Both the position numbers and the translations under genes were made by a program. The notes beneath the pieces were generated by a model. It saw only the letters and a list, made by a program, of their open reading frames with translations, ran no database searches and was not told where the DNA came from. Below, piece by piece: positions 10,045 to 19,600 of a stretch of DNA of 41,776 nucleotides. The stretch lies in NCBI GenBank assembly GCA_964397315.1, contig CAYNHV010000010.1, positions 1 through 41,776 of the forward strand. Reading direction: 5' to 3'. How positions within the stretch are numbered: the stretch's first letter is position 1; each line of letters opens with the position of its first letter. Origin of the DNA: an uncultured Methanosarcinales archaeon (lineage in GTDB: Archaea; Nanobdellota; Nanobdellia; Woesearchaeales; UBA12501).

Positions 10045-10896
10045 ATGGTCCTTGAATCTCTTGTCACGCCATTCAAAGCAGAGAAACACCCTGTGGAAAT
10101 GTTCTTTATAGGGCTTGTGTATTCCTCTGTTGCCATGTTTGTCAGCCTGCAGATATTTGAGGAGATGGCCGGGCTTATAGCTGTGTTCCTCACTGTTATG
10201 GCTTCAATTCCCCTCATGTTTGCCACCATAAAATATGAAGAGGGAAAAGACCTGGTTTGCGAGGGAGAGGCGCGTCTGATTAGGGAGCATTCAAAGGCAG
10301 TCTACTTCCTGGTCATGCTTTTTCTTGGGATTACTGTCTCTTTCACCCTCTGGTATGTGTTTCTTCCGGAGCCGCAGGTCCAAAGCCTTTTTTCCCTGCA
10401 GATAAACACTATAAAGAGCATAAACAGCGGAGTTGGAATGGCAATCGCCTCCCAGGCGAGCATATTTTCAAAGATATTCTTCAATAATCTCCGGGTTCTC
10501 CTTTTCTGCATACTATTTGCTTTTTTTTACGGCGCCGGGGCCATATTCATATTGACCTGGAACGCCTCAGTTATAGCGGTTGCAATAGGGACCTTTGTGA
10601 GAGGCAATCTTGCTGAATACGCAAGCTTTCTGGGGCTCCCTGCCATAGCAAATCATCTTCACATATTCTCGCTTGGCCTGGCCAGGTACATGATTCATGG
10701 CATTCCGGAGATAATGGCTTATTTTGTGGGCGGCCTCGCAGGAGGGATAATATCTGTGGCCATAATAAAAAAGGATTTCAGGACAGAAAGGTTTGAGCGG
10801 GTGCTTCTTGATACAGCAGATCTTGTCCTCATCTCTGTGCTGCTCCTTTTCATCGCAGCTCTTGTGGAGGTCTTTATAACTCCTGTCTTATTCTAG
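10045..10896 (+). CDS. SpoIIM / DUF95-like integral membrane protein
   Basis: Multiple TM helices, IFFNNLRV, HGIPEIMAYF, C-terminal AALVEVFITP. Confidence 0.85.
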   Translation: MVLESLVTPFKAEKHPVEMFFIGLVYSSVAMFVSLQIFEEMAGLIAVFLTVMASIPLMFATIKYEEGKDLVCEGEARLIREHSKAVYFLVMLFLGITVSFTLWYVFLPEPQVQSLFSLQINTIKSINSGVGMAIASQASIFSKIFFNNLRVLLFCILFAFFYGAGAIFILTWNASVIAVAIGTFVRGNLAEYASFLGLPAIANHLHIFSLGLARYMIHGIPEIMAYFVGGLAGGIISVAIIKKDFRTERFERVLLDTADLVLISVLLLFIAALVEVFITPVLF

Positions 10897-11643
10897 AACC
10901 TTAATCTTTCCAGGAGTCAGCTCAAACACATCACCATTCTTTAGAAGGCCGTTTATTATCTCCTCTGACCTGCCGCCTGCCTCTGCTGTGACCTTTTCAA
11001 TATCTGCTCCGCTTCCACTGTCAAGATCTCTTATTATTTTAAGAACAGCATCAGCTTCTCCCTCTTCTTTTTCATCTTCCCCTCCGGCGTCTGCGCCTTT
11101 AGCTTCATCTTGTTCAGCAGGCAATTCTGTTTTTTGTTCTGCTTTGTTTTGGGTCTCTTCAGCAGGCCGGAATCCCTTGTCTTTTTCCTCTTTTGGCTCT
11201 TCATTCAGTGGAGGCTGCTTTTCCGGCGTTTCTGGGGCAAAGTTTTCAATCATCTCTGTCTCCAGCATTCTTACTTCAGCCCATCTCTTGTCCTCCACCT
11301 TTCTTATTATCTCCGGTACAAGGTATATCTCGTTGTTGTACTCCCTGGGGCGGCCTATAACAAGCACAAGGTCCCCCACGGCAACGCTTTCCATCATCCT
11401 GCTTGGCTCAAAGACCCTTGCGCTTATCCTTCCAGAACCGTCATCAATCACAATAGAAGAGTTGTTTGAGAATTCGTCCTGGTTTTTTGCCACCACAGCC
11501 CCAAGGATGTTGGCCCTTGATATTTTTCTCTTTCCGCAGAGCACGTAGTTGGGCTCCCACCCCTCTCTTACCACATAGCTTCCATTAACAAGATGGGCTG
11601 CCTTGGCCTTTACAGCGGTCTGTCTCTCTTGGCTGGTTTTCAT
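10888..11643 (-). CDS. RPA2 (RPA32-like) ssDNA-binding subunit: OB fold, acidic linker, C-terminal winged helix
   Basis: SRANILGAVV, IDDGSGRI, GDLVLVIGRPREY; E/K-rich linker; LLKNGDVFELTPGKIK WH end; 6 bp downstream of mcm. Confidence 0.8.
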   Translation of the reverse strand: MKTSQERQTAVKAKAAHLVNGSYVVREGWEPNYVLCGKRKISRANILGAVVAKNQDEFSNNSSIVIDDGSGRISARVFEPSRMMESVAVGDLVLVIGRPREYNNEIYLVPEIIRKVEDKRWAEVRMLETEMIENFAPETPEKQPPLNEEPKEEKDKGFRPAEETQNKAEQKTELPAEQDEAKGADAGGEDEKEEGEADAVLKIIRDLDSGSGADIEKVTAEAGGRSEEIINGLLKNGDVFELTPGKIKVLE

Positions 11644-11649
11644 AGCGCA

Positions 11650-13671
11650 TCATGTTCTCTGTATGAACCCCCTCCTGGGCTCAAACAGGTCTCCTGATCT
11701 CTTGAGCTTTTCTATTGCCTCATCCACCTTGTCTGCCTTAAGCCCTTTCTCCTCAGCTTCCTTGACAATGTCTTCAACAGGTATTGTTTTCCCTATCTTT
11801 CCTTCCATCTCTGTTATTATCTCCTTGACTACTGTTATGGAGCCTCTTTGCGACGCGGTTATTCCTGTAGTTATCCTGTCTATGTCTATCTGGCCGGTTT
11901 CCCTGTCAAGGCCGACCCCCCTGAGGCAGTAGTCAAGAAGGTCTATGGCTCTTTTAGCGTCTTTTTTGGTCACCTTCTCGCTGAGACGGACTTTCGCGTT
12001 TGCCTCTGCGAGCCTTACCATGGCTTCAAGCTGTCTTGCTGTTATTGGTATTGTCCTGATTTGGCTCTCCTCTGTTGTTCCCGAGCCCCTCATTGTTATG
12101 TAATAGTTCCTTATTTCCTCAACCGCACCGTCACTAAGAGCAGGCCGTATGTTTTTTCTTGCATAAGCTATGTATTTTCTCAGAAGGTGTGTTTCAATCT
12201 CCCCCTCTCTTGATGAGGTTTTCTGGTGGAGGTCCAGTATGAACTTTGCCATCCTCTCGTCGTTTTCCTTGTCAGGAAGGTCCTTTATGGGAAAGATAAG
12301 GTCAAACCGGTTTATCAGTGTTGGGGGGAGGTCTATCTGCTTGCCCACGACTTCATAAGCGTCAAATCTTCCAAACTTGGGATTTGCTGCGGCAAGCACT
12401 GTTGTCTCTGACCTCAGGGTTGCCTGGATGTTTGCCTTGGATATGGTGACTGTCTGCTGTTCAAGAGCCTCGTGCATGGCAGACCTGTCCTCCTTTGTCA
12501 TCTTGTCAAGCTCGTCTATCATGCAGAACCCCCTGTTTGCAAGAACAAGGGAACCCGCCTCCAGAGCCCAGCCCTTGAGGAACTCGTCCTTGACCACTGC
12601 TGCTGTCAGTCCGGCTCCTGAGGCCCCTTTTCCGCTGACATACCTTCCCTTTGGGGCGATTGTCGCTGCCCTCTTCAGCAGCTGAGATTTTCCTGCTCCA
12701 GGATCCCCTATAAGGAGAATATGCATGTCTCCCCTTGTTGTCATGCCGTCATCCCTCACCTTTCTTACCCCTCCCACAAGCTGCAGTATCATTGCCTCCT
12801 TTATCTGGTCATAACCATATATTGACGGGGCCAGGGACGCGGCAATCTTTTGGAGAACTTTCGGTTCCTTTGATATCTCCTTTATTTTTTCCAGTTCATC
12901 ATCGGTTATTATTATGTCCCCGAACTCCTCCTCCACTGTACCGACATAATTGGCTTCAAGAAGAAGGTCAAACCTTATGGACTGGCCGCCGGTCCTAAGT
13001 ATTATGGGCACTTCCTTAACCACACCATTTATTATTATCTTTGTTCCCGGGTTTGTTTTCTTGTCCTCTATGGGGCTCACCAGGTCTTCCTTGAGAAACA
13101 CATCAATCCTCTTTGGCTGCCCCCCGCTCTCCAGCGTCTCTGGAGACTCCTCAAGCACGATTCTCTGCGCATCCACAAGCTCTTTATTCATCAGCCTGAA
13201 CTTTCCCTTTCTTCCGCAGCCGCACCTTGTCGGCTCCTTGAATTTTGTGTCAAGCTGCAGGACAGAAATGACGTTCCCGCAGGCAGGGCACTCAAACCTT
13301 GCTGAAGTCACTTGCGGCCGCACATCCGATTTCTGCCTGACAACACCATCTGTGAATATAAACTTGCCGATGTGCTTGCTTCTGATGTCCCTTATGTAGG
13401 TCTTCTGGGTTTCCGGAATATCCTTAATCCTCGCCCTGAATCCCTTGACTTCCTTTGGAAGATCAAAGTTCTCAACTGCCAGCTCTGCAGCCCGCGCAAC
13501 CTCTTCGGGCTGGTCAAGAAGAAGGTCTGCAAGCTCTGGATCAAACTTTGAGAGCTCGCCAAAATCCAGCACTATAAAGTTCTCCCCTTTTCTTACCTTC
13601 TCAAGTAGCTCTGCATGGTGGTGGGACTGGATGAATTCTTCAAACTTCTTTATCTGGTCCGCAACCTCCAT
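11650..13671 (-). CDS. mcm: MCM replicative helicase
   Basis: Zn finger CPAC..CGC, Walker A GDPGAGKS, IDELDKM, AAANPKFGRF, NRFDL, TARQLE, C-terminal WH; no intein seen. Confidence 0.97.
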   Translation of the reverse strand: MEVADQIKKFEEFIQSHHHAELLEKVRKGENFIVLDFGELSKFDPELADLLLDQPEEVARAAELAVENFDLPKEVKGFRARIKDIPETQKTYIRDIRSKHIGKFIFTDGVVRQKSDVRPQVTSARFECPACGNVISVLQLDTKFKEPTRCGCGRKGKFRLMNKELVDAQRIVLEESPETLESGGQPKRIDVFLKEDLVSPIEDKKTNPGTKIIINGVVKEVPIILRTGGQSIRFDLLLEANYVGTVEEEFGDIIITDDELEKIKEISKEPKVLQKIAASLAPSIYGYDQIKEAMILQLVGGVRKVRDDGMTTRGDMHILLIGDPGAGKSQLLKRAATIAPKGRYVSGKGASGAGLTAAVVKDEFLKGWALEAGSLVLANRGFCMIDELDKMTKEDRSAMHEALEQQTVTISKANIQATLRSETTVLAAANPKFGRFDAYEVVGKQIDLPPTLINRFDLIFPIKDLPDKENDERMAKFILDLHQKTSSREGEIETHLLRKYIAYARKNIRPALSDGAVEEIRNYYITMRGSGTTEESQIRTIPITARQLEAMVRLAEANAKVRLSEKVTKKDAKRAIDLLDYCLRGVGLDRETGQIDIDRITTGITASQRGSITVVKEIITEMEGKIGKTIPVEDIVKEAEEKGLKADKVDEAIEKLKRSGDLFEPRRGFIQRT

Positions 13672-13730
13672 TTTCAGAACAATAAATCAGGGGGCAAAGA
13701 TAAAAACAAAAAACCACAGCACCCCGGAAA

Positions 13731-14273
13731 TTATTTTATCTTGTTCAGGTTCTCAATCAGCTTCCCGAGAGCCTCGTGCACTTCTTCCTCGCTTTTCGTT
13801 CCTGTGCAGACCACCTTTCCGTTGCTGAAAAGGAGGAATGTGGCTTTTGCTTCTGCAAGCTTGTACACAAGCCCGGGGAACTGCTCTGGCTCGTACTCTG
13901 TGTTATCCAGCTTCATGGCCAGGGTGTTGAGGTTGAGGTCCATCCCCACGGTTCCTGATGCAACTATGTTCTGAATCTTTATCTCGGGCTTGATCTTTAT
14001 CTTGATGCCTATCTTCTCAAGGCTCTTGATAATCTTCTGGATTGACTCCTCAACCTTGTCCATTGACCTCGCCCCTGTGCACACTATCTTTCCTGAGCTG
14101 AATATCAGGGCAGAGGTCTTTGGTTCCTTTATCCTTATCACTAGTCCAGGGAACTGCTCTGGGTTGTACTCTGTGTTGCTCAGAGTGGCAGCCATCTTCT
14201 CAAGAGGAATATCATGGCCCAGAGAAGAAGAAACCACTATATTAACCACCTTTATATCTTGCTTGTTGGTCAT
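13731..14273 (-). CDS. tbp: TATA-binding protein
   Basis: Two repeats EYNPEQFPGLV / EYEPEQFPGLV and LIFSSGKIVCTG / LLFSNGKVVCTG; start 14273 chosen from the SD-like GAGGGGGTG. Confidence 0.97.
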   Translation of the reverse strand: MTNKQDIKVVNIVVSSSLGHDIPLEKMAATLSNTEYNPEQFPGLVIRIKEPKTSALIFSSGKIVCTGARSMDKVEESIQKIIKSLEKIGIKIKIKPEIKIQNIVASGTVGMDLNLNTLAMKLDNTEYEPEQFPGLVYKLAEAKATFLLFSNGKVVCTGTKSEEEVHEALGKLIENLNKIK

Positions 14274-14398
14274 GTTCGCACCCCCTCGCGCATCTCTCAT
14301 TTATAAGCTCTTATAAATGAAGACCATATATGTTTTTAAATAAACCCAATCTTTATAAATACTTTGTTTTTTAAATAAATATTTTCCGGTGCATAAAA

Positions 14399-14420
14399 CC
14401 CCTTTGTTTCCACTGGAAAT
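14399..14420 (-). promoter_or_regulatory. Canonical ORB (Orc1/Cdc6-binding) box upstream of tbp-mcm
   Basis: Minus strand reads ATTTCCAGTGGAAACAAAGGGG, matching the archaeal ORB consensus TCCAGTGGAAAC-AAAGGGG. Confidence 0.7.
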
Positions 14421-14462
14421 CGCTCAGAACATGATTTAAAGGCGGAATAAGAGGATTTTGGC

Positions 14463-14807
14463 ATGACGATTATCAACCAAACCAGGAAAAAAACACTGGC
14501 CAGAAAATCCAGGGTATGCTATTCTTGGCTCTTGAAAGCCCGTGGCTTGATGTTCTCCTGGCCCAAAAAGGACTTTGGGATGGTTTTTTCCTTTAAAAAT
14601 GACTCCAGGAGGCCCCTGCACATGCTTTTTGTGTTCTATCCCATTGATGTCCTGTTCCTTGACAGGAACAAGAGGGTTGTTGAGGTAAAGCCTGGCTTAA
14701 GGCCTTTCTCAGCCTATTTTCCAGAGAAAAAAAGCAGGCACATAATTGAGCTTCCAAAAGGCAGAGTCAGCTGCTGCAGGTTGGGAGACCTAATAGATTT
14801 TAGATAA
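14463..14807 (+). CDS. DUF192 family protein
   Basis: ARGLMF, HMLFVFYPIDVLFLD, IIELP motifs. Confidence 0.88.
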   Translation: MTIINQTRKKTLARKSRVCYSWLLKARGLMFSWPKKDFGMVFSFKNDSRRPLHMLFVFYPIDVLFLDRNKRVVEVKPGLRPFSAYFPEKKSRHIIELPKGRVSCCRLGDLIDFR

Positions 14808-14903
14808 AATTTAAATAAGCAATGGGTTTCTTTTGTGTGGCAGCGCATGGCAGCATATGGCTGTGTGCATTATATGTGTGCTGAGGCAGCGTTGCAATAT
14901 AAA

Positions 14904-15052
14904 GGGGCTGTAGTATAACCTGGCTAGAATGGCTGGCTCCAGTCATGGAGCGGTGAGGCTTACAAAGTAAGCTGATGATGAGGTCATCGGTGAGAACCTT
15001 CTTCAAGGTTGGGAGTCACCAGCAGATCAGGGTTCGAATCCCTGCAGCCCCA
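14904..15052 (+). tRNA. tRNA-Trp(CCA) with a 75-nt intron at 37/38 (14943-15017)
   Basis: Acceptor GGGGCTG/CAGCCCC+A; anticodon stem GCTGG/CCAGC with CCA at 14939-14941; T arm GGTTCGAATCC; BHB with CTCC:GGAG central helix. Confidence 0.93.
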
Positions 15053-15172
15053 TCTTCTTGTTTTGTTTTTGGGCTTTGTTTTTGAATAAATTTATATAAT
15101 CACATTCTTAATCAGGGGCAGGAGGATGGCGGAAACAATCAGCAGAGTAACCAACCAAAAAGAGGGAATTGC

Positions 15173-16309
15173 GTGGCTGACATAAGATTCTGGGAGGCAA
15201 CAGCAACACTTGTCGGGTGTATCATAGGGGCAGGCATATTCGGGCTTCCTTACATGATAGCAAAGGCAGGATTCCTCACAGGGGCCCTTGTCATAATCCT
15301 TATGGGCAGTGTTGTGATGCTGGTGTACCTCTATCTGGGAGAGGTGGTTCTCAGGACAGAAGGGAAGCATCAGCTGACAGGATACGCAGAGAAGTACCTC
15401 GGCAGGTGGGGCAAGAGGGCGATGATGGTTTCCATGCTTGTGGGGCTTTATGGAGCAATGACTGCCTACCTCATGGGGGTTGGCGCTGCTCTCGCAGCCA
15501 TATTCGGGGGCCAGCCTTTCTATTACACAATAGCTTTTGCGGTAGTGACAGCAGCGATACTCCTTATAGGTCTGGGGGCTGTTGAAAAGTCAGAGCTTGT
15601 GACGATGATTCTCATATTTCTTACAATAATCATCATAATGGTGTTCACCGTCCCTTTTATGAGCGCAGGCAATCTTGGTGTTTTTGACATAAAAAACTTC
15701 TTCATGCCCTTTGGTGTTGTTCTTTTTGCGTATCTTGGCTTTATCGCAGTGCCTGAAGCCAGCCACATATTAAAAGAGAAAAAGCAGAAGATGAGAAAGG
15801 CCATAATAGCAGGGGTGGTGGTTCCCATGGCTGTGTATCTGGTCTTTGCCTTGATTGTTGTGGGCTCTATAGGGCTTGAGAATTTTGAGCTCATGAATGC
15901 AAACAGCAGGATAGCCACCATCGCGCTTGGAACAATAATCAGCCCAAAGCTTTTTGTCCTTGCCAACATCTTTGCTGTAATGACCATGTTCACATCATTC
16001 ATAGCCATCGGGTTTGCGCTTAAGGAGATGTTCGTGTATGATTACAGGATGCCTGAGAAGCGCTCCTGGCTTCTCACCTGCTCTGTTCCTCTTGTGATAG
16101 CCCTTGCGGGTTTCACGGATTTCATAGAGGTAATCAATGTTTCAGGAGTGTTTGCAGGCGGGCTTGATGCCATCCTGATAATACTCATGTTCCACAAGGC
16201 AAAAGACAAGGGAAGCAGGAGGCCCGAGTACACCATAAGGGAATTCGCTCCGCTGAGCTTTCTGCTGGCCGCGCTCTTCATAGCCGGTGCTGTCTTCTTG
16301 GTCTTCTGA
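15173..16309 (+). CDS. Amino-acid permease (aromatic amino acid / Aa_trans-like, APC superfamily)
   Basis: GCIIGAGIFGLPY TM1 motif, about 11 TM helices; GTG start. Confidence 0.88.
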   Translation: MADIRFWEATATLVGCIIGAGIFGLPYMIAKAGFLTGALVIILMGSVVMLVYLYLGEVVLRTEGKHQLTGYAEKYLGRWGKRAMMVSMLVGLYGAMTAYLMGVGAALAAIFGGQPFYYTIAFAVVTAAILLIGLGAVEKSELVTMILIFLTIIIIMVFTVPFMSAGNLGVFDIKNFFMPFGVVLFAYLGFIAVPEASHILKEKKQKMRKAIIAGVVVPMAVYLVFALIVVGSIGLENFELMNANSRIATIALGTIISPKLFVLANIFAVMTMFTSFIAIGFALKEMFVYDYRMPEKRSWLLTCSVPLVIALAGFTDFIEVINVSGVFAGGLDAILIILMFHKAKDKGSRRPEYTIREFAPLSFLLAALFIAGAVFLVF

Positions 16310-16338
16310 GATCTCCGGGGTTTTTCTTATTTTCACAA

Positions 16339-16409
16339 AGCCGAAAACTGCAAACCTTCTCGGTTTTCCGCATCCTAAAAGCTCAAAAATCCCTCTGGGA
16401 TTTTTGGCT
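16339..16409. repeat. Palindromic (REP-like) intergenic element with two hairpins
   Basis: GAAAAC..GTTTTC (16343-16368) and CAAAAATCCC-TCT-GGGATTTTTG (16384-16406). Confidence 0.45.
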
Positions 16410-16436
16410 CCCTGAAAACACTTTATGTTTTTTTGG

Positions 16437-16555
16437 AATCCGCTATGCATACAATCGCCGTCAAACTGAACCAACAGAAAATATTTCATATTTTCTTAGT
16501 TCCAAAGCCTTTGGTTTTGAAACCTTTATGGTTCAGTTAGGCGATTGTGCGGATT
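16437..16555. repeat. Long nested inverted-repeat element (REP/MITE-like or structured RNA)
   Basis: AATCCGC/GCGGATT, ACAATCGCC/GGCGATTGT and AACTGAACCA/TGGTTCAGTT enclose the hairpins AGAAAATAT-TTC-ATATTTTCT and CCAAAG-C-CTTTGG. Confidence 0.6.
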
Positions 16556-16655
16556 TTTATGATTCAGTATCATTCAGGCTTTCTATTGTTTAGCTGGCTG
16601 AAGCATATCCTGTGAGAATTCCGGCTGGAATGAAAATTTGCGGGCATTCATAGAA

Positions 16656-19600
16656 TCATTTAAGATTGATGTCTGTTTTTTTGCTGCCCTTGCTGCCTTT
16701 CTTTTTTGGCTTTGGCTCTTTTACCTTCTCTGCTTCTCCTGCTGTTTTTCCCCCTCTTTTTCTTAACACAGCTATTATCAAAGAAAGGACAATTATCCCT
16801 GCCAGTGCGTAGAGCAGGTAGGACCACGCAGCAGAGAACCTGTTTTCTCTCACCTGCAGAGTAAACCCTTTTGTGAACCTGTCCCTCTGGCCAGGCACCG
16901 CTATGTCAACAGAGAGCCGGTAATTTCCGTCCATCACTGACTCATTAGGGGATGCAATTATGTCAATCACCCTGCTTGTGTTAGGCTCTATTTCAACCTC
17001 TCTCTCATCAATCTTTATCCAGGATATGTTGTCATTCATCATTATCCTGAACGTGGCTGTCTCGTTTGCATTGTAAATCCTGAGCGGGATCTGAGTTTCA
17101 CTGCCTTTTTTCACGAACACTTTTTCATATGATATCTTGCCATCATCTTCAGGAGTTTCGCCCTCTCCATCAGGAGCGCCTCCTTGAAGCCCCTCCTCTT
17201 GCAGTGTCTTGTTTGCTGCCTCTTCCACCCCCTCAGGGATGCCTGTCTGGTTGGTTGTTTCATTTCCTGTGAGGGATGCCAGGCTTTTTACAGCGTAAAT
17301 GCTTCCATATATTATGCCTGCGAGAATGATGACCATGACAGCCCCAAGCAGCATGAACTTGAGCCATGTCCTGTCCCCCTTGCTCTCCAGGGTTCTTTTT
17401 TTCCCGCTCTCGGATTTTTTATCCTTCTTTTCCTTTTCTGTAGGCATTTCCAGGCTTTCCTGCTTTCTTTTCTCTCGCCACCCTTTTACCCATGATGCAG
17501 CGGCCAGAAGCGCGAGCAGCGCAGCAGCGGCAATAAGGTACCAAAGGTATTTCATGTAGAAAGGCTTGTCTTTTGTGACCTTCAGAATGATCTCTTCTGA
17601 GATTGGTGTTGTTCTTCCCTCCACGTCTATCCTGATGCTTATCCTGTAATTTCCCTGGCTTACCTCATCTCCAGGAGCCACTATTATGTTTACTGTCTCC
17701 TTTTCTCCAGGGGCTATCTCTGCTGACTGTCTGTCAACACTTATCCACTCAACATCCTCTCTTATATCCACCTTGAAAACATTTGGTTCATAGTTATTCT
17801 GTATTGTAACAGGTATTGTTATGTTCTCCTTCCCCCGGACCTCTATCACCCTGCCCTCTCCTCTGAGGCCTGTCCTGTTTACGTATATGGTTGCGTTCTC
17901 AATCATGCCCCTGTCTTCTGTTGTTTCATTCTTCCGGCCGGACAGCCATGACCAAGCCTTTGACAGGAATCCTTGCGCGGCGTTCGTGTCATTCATTGCA
18001 GGCTCCTGCAGCTCTGGAGCCTCCTGGGTGGTTGCGTTTGTTTCATTAATTCCTTCTGCAGGGGCGCCTGCTAGAAGGTAAGCTCCTGCTCCGATAGCTC
18101 CCAGAAGTATGAGTATCCCGAGGATTATCAGCAGCCATTTCAGCCAGGGCCGTTTTCTTTCCTCTACATCAAGAAGCTTTTCCTCAGGCTCCTGTGGCTC
18201 CACTTTTGAAGGCTCTCCCTCTATCTCTTTCCATTCCTCCTCTTCCCTGCTCCTTTTTCTTGCTGCCATCAGCAGAGCAAGCGCCAGGATTATTATGAGC
18301 AGCAATCCAGGCACTATGAAAATCCATAGGTCTGCCAGCTTTTCAAAAAAAGTCTTTTCCCTGAGCTCTATGCTGAAAGCCCGCTCATAACCTATGTTCT
18401 TTCCTTCAGGTACTGCTGTGAGGGTGAAACCATACGTGCCTTCTTCTGTCTCATTGGTAGGATAGATGCTTATGTTCAGGTGCCTGCTTTCTCCGGGAGA
18501 CAGCTCAATTGAATTCTGCCTCGTGGTTATCCAGTCCTGTGTTGTGTTAAGGACAATATCATACTCGCCTGCCCTTATTCCTGTGCTGGAAAGCATAATC
18601 CGGGCGTTTTTTCCTGAGTAGTCAATATCTATCTCGTCTTTCTCTCCACCTATATTGACAGCATATGCTTCCTGGAGGGGTATCACTTCAGAGGCAAAGG
18701 TTTTCTGCACAATTTTTTCAGGAAAGCCGGATATGTTGGCCGAGACCGTGAACTCATAGGTTCCTGTTGCATTGCATGGCACGTCAAGCTTTACAGGCAC
18801 ATCCTTTGAGTCTCCGGGAGGGACTCTTATTGACGTGTAGCCGAGGCTTGACCACGGCATTCCGAAAAGCTCAAGAGAGTATTCGCTTTCCCTTGTGCCG
18901 TCATTGATTATGCGGGCCTCTGTAACGTGCTCCTCGCAGCTTGCCAGCGGCGGGACAGCGTCTATTGTCAGGTTAACAGAGTAGCACTCCTCAACACCCA
19001 CATTCATTGATTTTGAAACTCTCAGCTCGCCTCTTTCTGAAACAGATGAGATAGTGAGATTGTACATTCCCTCTGGAGCTGAGGAGGGGTAAAGTGTCAG
19101 GTTTGTGCTGGTTGACTGCTTCTTTCCAAGGCTTACAGCGCCCTGTTCAAAGAAGGCCCACTCAGCATCCGCGTCCAAGAAGTAGCTGTTCGCCACGTCC
19201 GCGTCGTTACTTACTGTTATTGGAAGCACATTCCTCACGCCCCTGCATACTGAAACGCTTTCAGGAGATGATATTGTGTAATCATAGCAGGGGTTTATCT
19301 TCAGCTCAAAAGGGAGTTCAGCAAGCATACCGCTTCTCTGGGCTTCCGCCATCAGGGTAAAGTCAAGGTCTCCGAACATGCCGCAGGGGGTGGCCACAAA
19401 AACATATACCTCCTCGCTCTTTCCAGGCCCAAGGACAAGCAGGTCCTCGCTGATGCTGATATACTCTGGAAAGGGGGCCACATTAATGTTATATGTCTCA
19501 ACAAAATCTCCTGTGTTCATGACAGTGAAGTCGTACCTTACAGGCATACAGGGGCATATCTCTTCAGGCTGCCTTGTCTGTTTTATGTCAACATTAACGC

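Noticed and set aside
5557..13671. Inteins in DP2 or MCM (also checked cdc6, radA and top6B)
   Set aside because: Lengths are normal and conserved motifs are contiguous
16460..16542. Integron attC-like site (GTCAAAC ... GTTAGGC)
   Set aside because: R'' deviates from RYYYAAC, the stem next to the R box is fully paired (no unpaired spacer or extrahelical bases), and there is no integrase or cassette array
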